Below are positions 14,601-25,858 of a stretch of 64,000 nucleotides of DNA, piece by piece. A model generated the notes under the pieces. The model saw only the letters and a list, made by a program, of their open reading frames with translations. It did not search any database and was not told the origin of the DNA. Positions within the stretch are counted from its first letter, which is position 1, and every line of letters starts with the position of its first letter. The stretch is from NCBI GenBank assembly GCA_001949185.1, contig BDGG01000016.1, positions 496,001 through 560,000 on the forward strand, in the 5' to 3' direction. This DNA comes from Ramazzottius varieornatus. Its lineage: Eukaryota > Animalia > Tardigrada. A program made the position numbers and the translations under genes.

Positions 14601-17600
14601 AGAGACTGATAAAACCAGGACTTAATCGAACATTTGCTTTCAGGAGGATCTCTGGAGAATGGTTCATCGTCAAACGCTCAATTGAATTTGCTAAAGGGGC
14701 AACATGGACAGAAACAAGCCTCGATGGAGGAGAGGAGAAGAGGATGGAAGCGCGAGAGTCGGATGGCATTATGCGGCGCAAGTAAAGAGCATGGAAGGTT
14801 TAAGTCAACAAAGTGGCAACATGAACGTTCGCGCTCGATCTAGACTTCGGTTCAGTGTGCCATCAACGCGGGCAAAATATTATCGGACGTGCCACATATC
14901 AGCGAGCTACTGTGCAGCTTGTCAAAGAATCGACAAGTACCTTACATAATACTCGACCGACCGAGAGAGTTCAGAGGAGAGTGAGGCTGAATCTCCATTC
15001 TCCAAACGGAAGAGCTCATTTCCATCAAGTTACCCTACTCAACTGGCGCACCGAGCTTTGGAGCCTTTCCCTTCCTTTCCTTTCTTTTGGGACGAACTTT
15101 GCCGATGTGTTTTCCACGCTGTTGCTTCGTCGATGTTCAACCCTAAACCTGTAACAGAGACAATGGCAAGGTCAAATGAATCATGTTTGGTAAGCCACAA
15201 TCAGCTGATGAGATAACCGCGAGCTCAACTTACAAGGTAAGTAAATCAGCCACACAAATCAGGGCCATGGCAATCGTTGTGCATCGTAGCCTATCTCGAG
15301 CGCCCACTACCCGCGAACTCGTCCACGCGTAACCAGCAGCCTACTTCCATCCGATGGACCATGGTCAAACCTACACGAAACCGTCGGAGGAAGACCCACC
15401 AAAGCTCCCCGCAGAAAACAAGTTCCTGCGATAGGTCAAATCAAGCGCGATCAATCAAGTCGATTCCACCGCAAAGCCTAATCAACTGGGCCAGTCAACA
15501 ACATGGGCTCTTCCCCAGTCTTTTGTCAACCAAATCAATCAACTGCCTTCATACTGTAAACCGTTTTTCCCGACGGAATTTGCTCAAGAAACTTCCTCTC
15601 GTCCTATTAACCCTATGTTTCCTCCTGAAATGGGGAAAAGTCCACTGATGTCTCAGGGAGTTTGGACCGGAAGAAAAAAGCTGTGGAGCGCAAAAAAACC
15701 CTGACAACTTCAGGAAGAAACTCTGTCCATCACCGCGTTTTCCTCACTCGTCAGAGTACTACGCGAAGTCGTTCAAAGTCGTTTCTTGTTATGTTCTACA
15801 GACGTCAGGAGGGAGTCTAGGTGGACAGCCTTCGCGAAAATATTCTGCCCGAACGGAGTAATCAGACAAGGCACCAAAAGCTGACTCACGGCAAAATCCA
15901 GCATTCAAGGCACAACAACGCGCACGTCAGCTGAGCGAGCTTCTTCAGAAACATACGCCTGATTGTCTGAAACAGAAATTATCAACAAGCCCCCCACAAT
16001 TTAATAAACACCGCCAAGCCTAGAAATGCATCCATACATGCAGGGGAAGATAACAAAATCCAGGCAGTGAACCAGGAAAGAAACGTAAGAAATTCCTGAT
16101 ACTTTTGCTCGTAGCTCTAGCTCACCTGGAAGGAGGTCCGATGGAATTCGTGGAAATCCGCTGTCACAGTCGGTTGGAAGAGGTCGTTGGGAAGGGGGAG
16201 GAAAGCAGAGGTGGGAAAGATAGTCCACAGTCGAGCTGACAAGGAAACGTTCGACGGAAAAACGGACTGGCTGCAGTTGCTGATGCTACTTGAACGATTA
16301 CGGCATACTAACCAGCGGTGATAAACACCGTCGATCGTTTGCCTCTCAACTATCATCCATTAAATTCTTCTCGCGATGGCTTCTACGGCAAAAGACCAGG
16401 TCCTACAAGCACAGACGGAAAACAGACTGCAACAAAAACTGAATGAAGCGATGATCGCATTCCGTTCAGCTGATCCATCCCGGCTCGCTAATCGCTCTGG
16501 TAAGAGCGGGTCCGTCTTATCAGCTGTTTGCAACGTACCACAGGCGGACAGGTTGACAAATCCGTTGTGCGGATATTGCCATGGTATGAACGGAACCGCC
16601 AGAGCGTAAAGTTGTACGATGAGGTAATCGTACAACCCATCGACCCGGCTGCACTGCCGCCTCCCATGTCGGCGTCCTTTCAAGTCAGTGGCAGGCCATT
16701 CTATGGACCGTCTGGTTCCCATACGACCTGCCATAAAGAACCGGAAGACCCGCTTCCCCGATCATCTGACTCGTCGCAGGTTTGCCCTTTCCGTTTTGGG
16801 GGTATGGCTGCTTCCCGGTCGAAGACCTATACATAGCTCATGAATGTTTTATCTGTTTTTCTTTTGCTTTCAGATTGGATTGCATATTGCCCAAGTGATC
16901 GGACAGAAACAACACGATGGAGTGATGCCATAATGCTGATCAAACATGCGGTCTCAAGGTCGCTGACGATGGCCGGTACTCCACCCCAAAGACCAATGCT
17001 CAAACCATACAGACATCGTCCGCGAGTCCCGGTCACTGCTTCCTGTAGACAAGTGGGTCCGGAGACCTGGAGAAAGGTATTTTTAATTTGTCAAGACCCA
17101 CACGACAGCTCTTATATCCATAACGAGCGGTTATGATAGGGGGCGTTGTCAACGCCGGTACTCCGTTGGTATACAGGAGTACACCTCGAATCGAGACTGA
17201 CCAGAACCAGCTAGTCAATCGGCACGTAAACTTTTAACAAAGCGGCTGATTTTACGGATAATGTTTTGGTGTAACACGCTCAACTGTACGGACCAACGAT
17301 AAACCTTCGTTTTTGAATATTAATTTTTATGGCATGATCAATTTTCCGTTTAGTTCAAAGGTGCAGATATGGCGCGTTCCGTACGTCCGTCACAGAGCTT
17401 TCTGGTATTTCCAGATGCGCTGACCCGGTATGACGATTGTTTCCCATAAGCCGGATTATCAAAGTCAAGCTCACAACACAGACAACGCCACCATCTTCCC
17501 ATACAAAGTGTAGCGCAGACTTATTACAGCATAATTGCCTGGTGCTTGCCTGCATTGATGCGCTTAAATTCGGATCACCGATCAACAAGAACCAAGAGAC

Positions 17601-18946
17601 TTTGTTTTTTGCAGACTATTGATAGACCAACACATGCTTCTTTCCTTGCAGGTGATCATCGGAGTCTTACTGAACGCGCGCGAGCGGATCCTGACTGTCC
17701 CGTCAATCAAGCCAACCATGCGTCACAATATTGACCCACTTCTGTCCTTCAGAACCTTGATCGAGCTCTCAGAGTCTTTCGCGATGCTACCTCCTTCAGA
17801 AAAAAAACCCACAAGCCATCCGTAACTTCGCAATATGTTTTGCGTGGTGTCTTCATATTCAAAGTGGTGTTTTTTGAAATCATTCGCTCAATCACACCGC
17901 TAAATGGTCTACGCCCCATAAAGACCGCAATCATCAGAGGTACTTGGCACTATGACGATCGGTGTTTTGCCGTTTTGTCAAATTTCGGCCTGTCAGTCAT
18001 TTCTGAATATCGGAGAAAAAACCGGGGAAATAGGACGAAGTGAATGGGAGACGGTCTGGAGGCCTGTAGAGTCTGTTCTATAGACCTACTTCCTTGTCGG
18101 GTACCTTGAAGTGTCGTCCCGGATTCCCCACCCCGCCAGTGCATCTCGTGTTACGCTTTCCGCACTCTCAAGAGTCTCTTTGGGATTTACTTGGGTATGT
18201 AAACCTAGCTGGAGGACGGAAGCATAGGAAATGCCGGAAATTCGAGATCTGTAGACAGTGTCGATCGGTCAGTCGATTCGATGGTACACACCGTCAAAAC
18301 ATCCACTCCCACAATCTCTGAGCAGCTCACCCAAAATTTGGCCGCGAGCTAATGTCAGTCTGCGTTAAACCTTCACAGAGGATACATGATGCCGACGCAA
18401 ACGGGAACCGATGCAGAGCCGAAGACCTGTATGTTGCTGCATTGACTTGGCACGAGTAAAGATGCTGAAACGATCTGTACGTAGTGGAGAGGACACCGAG
18501 GGTTCTCGCGTCGACACTCAACCGGCCATGTCATCTGATCCGACCATGCGTTCTCAAAGAGCTGCAACAAATGCATGAATGATTGTGTCACCTAGGAAAA
18601 TTGCCGCATGCATATGATCATAAGTAGTGTCTGTCCCGAGGAGAATTTGATTTCCAGTTCTAGTCTAACCCCCAAACTGTACAAGCGTTGGTGTGCGTCA
18701 AACAGATGCCAGCATTGTAGTGATTCCACAAAGATTGCAAGGAATCAGAAAACAAGTCAGTTCACGCAAAGCCCTGACGAGTTTGAATTAGTGAACACAC
18801 AACCCGAGGTTAAAAAACGTATCTGGAAGTTGAATATTCTTCAACGTGTCCGTCAATATTCTTCCTTTGGAAAAGACTATGCGCATGAGCAAGGCAAGGT
18901 ATACGATACAACAGACAGCTCTTGATAATTATCTACTTAGCTGCTT

Positions 18947-21900
18947 TCACATGCCAGAGTATGCGGGTCCCCCGCCAGGCTCTGGTGTTACCCATAGTAT
19001 GTTCTGGCTGGGATCTTTGATACTACAAGTCTTGCAGTGGATGCAGTTCTGGGCGTTGATCTGAAACCTAGCATCTCCGGTACTTTCATCAGTTATGTAC
19101 TCATACACACCTAGGAAGAGAAAGATGAGAAAATTGGTGGTGCTTAACTGCTCCAGCGGACATACTTACCTGCCGGACAGAAGCGCTGCTCAGGACCGCC
19201 AAACACCGGTAAGTTTCTTTCCGTCTGGACTGCGTCATCCCGGAGTACCAGATGTGGCGGCTGATCATGATCGTGGTTGGTACCAGTCAGCGCCACGGAA
19301 GTGAGAAGGTCGAAGCTAATCTTCCCATCGGGCTTTGGATAGTCGATAGGCTTAAACTGATCGGCGGGTTTCATTTTCTGGTAATCCGGACCTAAAAACT
19401 CAGATGTATTATAATAGTTGGCAAGACAAAAAGTGTAATAAAAATAAGCAAACGTCTTAGGAACGTGTAGATAAAGAGAGAGGAGCGCGGCAAACAAACC
19501 CGCCCAAAACTTTTTCCAAGTGGTGCACTCGTTCAGTAAACAACTTTGAGTCCGAAAACCTGCGCCACTTGAGAAACGATCTGGTCGAGTTCGCTTCTTC
19601 GGCGCGCTCCCAACGCTTTTCCGCCGCTGCGAAGCTCTCGATGTCCATCACTCGTGACAACAATATTTCCTACCTCCGTGCGAAAGCGTCCATGGTTCCC
19701 TTCCGCCAAGAAGTATGTGGAAGATTCCGGTGTAGGCCAAACCGCCGTACAGGCCAAGGGGACTGTCAAACGATGGCTTGACATTACGGACTTTGTACAG
19801 CTCCTTGTATATCCAGCTGTTCTTCAACCTCTCATCGTAACTGCTTGGCTCTAGACCTACGGCCAAATATATTCACTCAAGTCCGACAAGATTACTCAGC
19901 TTATTTAGCATGTATATTATTCTGTAGGGCACACTCACCTTTCGTCTTCTGCTCAGCGTTGTGTTCGGGATGATGCAGCGTATCGAACACGCTCTCCGCT
20001 GCTAACATTCCGCTCTTCATAGCAGTATGAGTTCCCTTGATCTTGGGGACATTCATGAAGCCGGCTGCGCAACCGATAAGCGCTCCTCCGGGGAAAGCTA
20101 ACCTAGGTATCGACTGCAACCAGGAAGACAGAAGTTTACTAAACGTTCTCGAATAGTAAGAATGTAGACTCCATCTCCGTTTAACAGTACCTGAAAGCCT
20201 CCTTCGTTCAAGGCACGGGCGCCGTAAGATATCCGCTTTCCATTCCTGAAGTACGACTCCATGGCAGGATGATGCTTGAACCGCTGGAATTCCCTATAAG
20301 GGTTCGTGTAGGGATTCTTATAGTCAAGACCGACCACCAAGCCGACTGCGACTAGGGGAGCGTCACCTTCGCCGAGGTGGTACATGAAGGTACCTCCGTA
20401 GGTGTGTCTATCCTACAAAGCCCATACTACAAATCTCTACATCCGGAATGAGAAAGGAAATGGGAGCTTGGCAAACAGACTCGATCAGAACTTTCTCCCA
20501 AGTTGCGCACGCTTTCACCAACTAAACTGAGCACGTGCGCCGCCTGAGAAATCAATCATACTCGACAGGCTCGTTTTCCGAGTGGCGCACTCTTCCAGCC
20601 CATAATACTGATAACGTGCGCAACTTGGGGAAGCGATCTGATCGAGTTTGTTTCTTGAGCTGCCAAATGAGAGACTTACGAAAGGCCATCCAACAGTGTG
20701 GATGATCTTTCCAGGTTCGTGCATATCTTTGTCAATCTCCCAGATTTCTTTGAGGCCGATACCGTAGGTCTGGGGTTCGGAGTGGGAGCGGAGGTTGAAC
20801 TTGGAGACGACTGTCTGGGTTAGATGGCCGTGACAGCCTTCGGCGAACAGCGTCATTTTGGCGTGAAGTTCCATTCCTCTTTGAAATCCACTCTAAAACA
20901 ATCCAACCACCACCTTATTCTTTAGTAATATTCCCTCGATGTGAAAGTCCAAAGCTCGCTGATAAAACGACGGACTCACCTTCGGCGAACCATCCTTATG
21001 TATTCCAACATCGTTCGTCGCAACGCCCTTCACACTTCCGTCTTCATGATATAAAACCTAAAGAGTACTCATTCAGCCTTCGGATTCTCTTCACATTAGC
21101 ATTGCGGTCGTTCTTCCCATTCACGAATTCGAGTGATTCTGCCATAACATTAGACCGCATGTGTAAGAATCAAGTTTCGTAGTGTGAGCCGTGCCTCGTA
21201 AGCAGGAGTTCCCGGGTATATTTCGACGCCTTCCGCTTCGGCTTGCGTTGACAACCATTTCGTAAAATTACCCAGCCGCACGATAAAATTCCCATGATTG
21301 TGCATGGGCATACCTGAAAAAGAACAGTTCATGAAAGGCAGTGTAACTTTGGGCAGAAGAAGATCAACATTTTGCTAACAGAGGAGAAATAAAAAGTCAT
21401 TCTATATTTTGCTTACCGGGGAATATGGGAATATTGATTTTGCCTTTCTCCGTTAACAAATAAAATTTATCTTTCGTTACAGGCGTATGTAACGGCGCTC
21501 CTTTCTCCTCCCAGTCAGGTATCAGCTCGTTCAGAGCGATCGGCTCGAGACACGTTCCAGAAAGGATGTGGTTTCCTACAAGGAAGTCCAAAAAGCTTGA
21601 GACTAGCAAGAATACTTATGACAACATACAAATGTAAAACTACTTTCTCACCTATTTCAGCCGATTTCTCCAGCAGAGTCACTCGCATCTCTTCTCCCTT
21701 TTCTTTCGCGAGTTGTTTGAGTCGTATGGCGGCCGACATGCCTGCTGGACCACCGCCGACGATGAGGACGTCTGTCTCGTCGGCCACACGTTCCATATCG
21801 ACATCTGCCCCGACGAATCAACAATCAAATACCAGACCAACGTTGAAGGACTTGGTTTCATATGTTCTTACCTTTCCACCTCGGATCGTTCTCCCTCGGG

Positions 21901-22052
21901 TTGACCGCATAATGCGTGGTGATTTTTTTTGCAGGATGACTCTTGGACTCATCCTTATGTTCCGCGGTCTCCTGAGTATAGAAACGGACAAGTGTGCGTG
22001 AAGAAATCCCTTGGCCACGCTTCAGCGCTGCAAAAGGACAACGAACTGACAT
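18947..22052 (-). CDS. ETFDH: Electron transfer flavoprotein-ubiquinone oxidoreductase, mitochondrial, multi-exon
   Basis: [21 protein letters not shown] (FAD binding), [53 protein letters not shown] and the 4Fe-4S motif [12 protein letters not shown], ending GGGPAYSGM* at 18947. Confidence 0.96.
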
Positions 22053-22716
22053 CGTGCTTGTTACAGCGTTCCCACCCGCATTTGCACTCACCTGATCGCG
22101 CCGCATGCCGTAGCGACATCCCGAAACAATAAGCTTTGGAGTATCAGAGGATAAAATAGACGTCTGTAGATGGTATCGGACTCGGAGAGACAGTGGACTG
22201 GTCAACCATGCGTTCGTCTTCCACGAAATCCACAACAAATCGACAGGAAATCCCTACAGGCGGAATGTCCGCCAGAGCCAGACGCATCTGTGTTTACTGT
22301 TCTATCAGCGCTGTCTGACGTGATGGCGAATCAACTGACGACCGCTCGTCGCAAGCCAACGGATTGCGGAGCGGAAATTCATGGAGCGTCTAGTTTGATT
22401 TGTTGACCACCGTTTTTCTCACGCTTTGAAGTGTGCGAAGTGTTTCTTCCATAATTCAATGTCACTCCTCAGTCTTCACGTCCTCTGATAGAAAAGGCTT
22501 CCCATCTGTTCATTTTGACATGGATGCAGATCACATCGGAGTCTTCGAGAGGATGTTCGGTCGTGGGAGAAGCTGAATCTACAGCGCACCGTCGGACGAC
22601 ACCAAGTCGTGGACTCGGGCATTTCACCATCCCTTCTCCCTTGCCCAGTGCTCACCTTCATCCGTTCGTGCTCGCTGGAATAAGTGTAGAGGGCCTTCTG
22701 CGTCTGTCCCTGTATC

Positions 22717-24523
22717 ATGTGGCTGTTTGGAGGTGGGAAGAAGCCAGACGAGCCCCAACTGACTCCTCATCAAGCTCAACGACAGAAACAGATCGACTCG
22801 ATCCGACAACAACATTCCAAGTAAAATTGCTCTTTTCCCCAACTTGTTCGTTTTCGTCAGTACAAGTGCGAGTTCTGTCCAATCCTGTGGTTTAGGCTCA
22901 TCGAAGTTGTACGGGATGAATCGTATAAAATTCCGTTCAATGTCGGAGCGCAGACATTCTTCCTTGACATGTAAGCTTCCCGTTCTTGCACGTATGGCTT
23001 CGTCACATTAACACTGATGTCTTCCTCAGAAAGCTTTCGTCTATTTTTCCCCGGGATCCTCCGTCCTTGAAGCTCACACCCAGAGGTACACACGCATGGG
23101 TGGACTCCAGTGGAAATATCAACAGCCCAAAGTTGACGACCGTAAGCTTGATCGTTGATGACCAATCTTTGTCCCCTTCTTAATTTTATTCTTAATTTTC
23201 ACTCTGGGCAACTCGGATATTATTCCTGACCAGCAGCTTTTTTTCCAGTTTAATATGCACTCGGACCTGGGGAAAATTCTGACGGAAATCATCGAGGAAT
23301 TCCAGCGAAATCCACCCTTGATGCCTCGCGATTTTACGTAAGATATCAAGCTTTTGTTGCACTGAGATTCAACCCTGCACACTTGACGACATAACATGGC
23401 GTCCGGCTTGCTGGTCTGGGACGTCTCCGAACTCGCACCAGTTGTGACGTAATGCGTGTTTCGTTCACTGCGAGTAATCTATTGTGTACAGTACTGTATA
23501 TTAATTTTTCACTTGAGGTATCGTACATGTTTCATATTTCTCCTCATTTCTTCTCATTAGCAGTCCGGCCGAATCTACACCAGGAGCTTCATCTTCCGTG
23601 TACCCGTCCTTCAACTTGCCTGCTGGTTCCGTCCCTCCAATACCCATCAGATCCGATTCTCCAGGGACAACGTTTGCGCCCGGGAATCGAATAAAGTCAA
23701 TCGCTCAGCCACTGTGGAGTTCTGTTAGCGATAACTTCCCCGAAGTGAATACCATGAGGTAAGGTTGATGCGATACCGCTCCTCTTCGGCTGTTCGGTGC
23801 GGGGTTTTTCTTAGTAACGTTTCTTCGTTCGCAGCAATGACGAGCTTCAGGCCTTGTTGGACAACTCGGAAGACCAAGCGCTAGTGGACAAAATCACCTC
23901 TGCACCTGTGATAGCTTCCTTACGCGATGAAGTCAAACGGCTAACCGAACTGAATCACAGTATCGCTAGTATGTTTGACAAAATACCTCCACCGGGTTTT
24001 TCTCCGTATATGATCAATAATACGAGTGACTCTTTCGCAGCGGAAAATCTTGCCAGAAAACCGTTTCTGGAACAAAAGAAGGCCGCAGTTCTGGATAAGG
24101 TTTGCTTGGTCATTCGGACTTGAACTGGTTCCCTTCTTTATGGTTTACGAGGTCTTTCCAAATTTTGATTCCAGTATTCAACAGCCGGGGAAAAGAGGAA
24201 GGAGTTTGACGACTTACAAAGAGAACTCGAAGGCCTGATGCGCCGCCATGATCCTGCTGTAATACAACAGAAAGTTAGACAAGCTGGGGCGGAAGCCGAA
24301 GCAGAGTCTGAGGCTATAGCGGATGACTTTGTTGCCGGCAAAATGGACGTTGATTCCTTCCTGTCGAAGTTTCTGGAGAAGCGAAAGGTACGTTGAACGT
24401 GTGCAACATTTCCTTCAAGATTTCTTTCAGCGTACTCTACTTTTTCAGACCGTTAACCTTCGGAAGGCCACCGACGATGTTTTCGGCCGACAGTTGAGCA
24501 GAACATCGGCCTCTTACTTTTAA
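22717..24523 (+). CDS. VPS37A: ESCRT-I subunit VPS37A (UEV-like N-terminus, Pro-rich linker, Mod(r) domain)
   Basis: Spliced MWLFGG..QRQKQIDSIRQ, IEVVRDESYKIPF, FPRDPPSLKLTP and FNMHSDLGKILTEIIEEFQRNPP. The C-terminus has AEAEAESEAIADDFVAGKMDVDSFLSKFLEKR, typical of VPS37. Confidence 0.85.
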
Positions 24524-24882
24524 CTGACACTTGTAGACCTTTTTCCATGGTTTAGCCTCTGTGACCGATGACTTCTATGACTTCATTTTTAGCTGCGCGT
24601 TTTTTCGAGAGAGACATTTTGATTTTGTTTTACAAATTACACGATCAGTTTTTTTCTTTGTGATGGTTTCGATTTTAATCCGGTCATATGCCAACATACA
24701 GTCAGTCTATTCCCATAAATTCTTTCAGTGTAGTGACTGCAGTCCGACAAAACGATATATGGGTTCGGAAAACTCCAATGAACACCTTCGAAAATCCATA
24801 ACAACGATTGAGCGCGTCCTGCCTTCAGTAAATCTTGCTCGTTCAAATCTCGGCATCCTGTTCCCTAAATTCAATGTGAAAA

Positions 24883-25717
24883 ATGCGTCACTCCATCGGA
24901 CTATTCTGCCTGGTATCCCTACATTATTTTGAGATTATGAACGGTCAAAGAAGATCGCGAAAGAACGATCCGACTTCACAAAAAACTCTCAACAGCTGGA
25001 AAGATCCCTTATTCCAGGCTGAAGGTGCTGACGTCGTCGACGAGTCGCAACTTCCGGTTGCCGATGACCCGCCAGCTTTTCCCGTTGACGATGGCTTGGC
25101 CCTACACTTTGGCGACATTGTCGACGACCTGACAACTTCCGCATCCGATGCCGTCGGTGCTGCTGCACCAGTACTTCCCCAAGCACCAGTCACTCCTTCC
25201 CCAGCAGCAACAGTCGCTCCTACCGGCATTGTGGTGGCGAAAGCAAAAGCTGATCGACCACGAGGACCTATCGTCCGGGAAGAACAACTCGAGGAAAAGT
25301 ACGGAACAAATTTCACACCTGATGCCGAAAGTAAGCTTCGCAGGGTCTGGGAAAGCGGTTTCGTGCACCTGTTTATTCCTGTCCTTTCATACAGACGCGG
25401 TCAGCTTCACGGAGCCGGAAATCCTACCGAATTGCTGGCTACAGGCAATGCTGTCAAACAAGTACGACTTCACGCCACAGTGTAACGGTGATGGAACCTT
25501 TGTTGCAAAGCAATGCTACCAAGAACGGTAAGTGTCCTGTTTGTGAGGTACTTTTCTTCCTGGACAAATCGAAACCTCTGAAATGTTTTGTGTTTGCCAT
25601 AGGTGTTGGTGCGCGAACAGGGATGGATCGCCACAGATACGCGAACGGCTCGATCGGTTCTATTACGAAATTCGCGGTCTCACTCTGCGCTGCGTACAAA
25701 ACGGCATCATCGTATAA
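24883..25717 (+). CDS. Small, probably secreted protein with an acidic Pro/Ala-rich region and one C-terminal thyroglobulin type-1 domain
   Basis: Splicing at gtaag 25331, ag 25394, gtaag ~25529 and ag 25602 gives NCWLQ..FTPQCNGDGTFVAKQCYQERCWCANRDG..RC, the Tg1 pattern P-x-C..G.F..QC..CWC..G. Stop is TAA 25715-25717. The N-terminus is weakly hydrophobic. Confidence 0.72.
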
Positions 25718-25858
25718 GGTTGTTCCTGTCCCTCTTTCGTTTATTTTACTGGTACAAAATTAAATCTGGCCCTCTTTTTTGCGAAAATTTGATGCCGACA
25801 ATTCATTATAAAAACGTCAATGCAAAAATCTAAATGTCGAAACGTTTTCCGGTTGGTT

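Noticed and set aside
12000-18800. Numerous 60-155 aa ORFs upstream of brat
   Set aside because: No recognisable motifs or consistent exon chain, so they are treated as chance ORFs.
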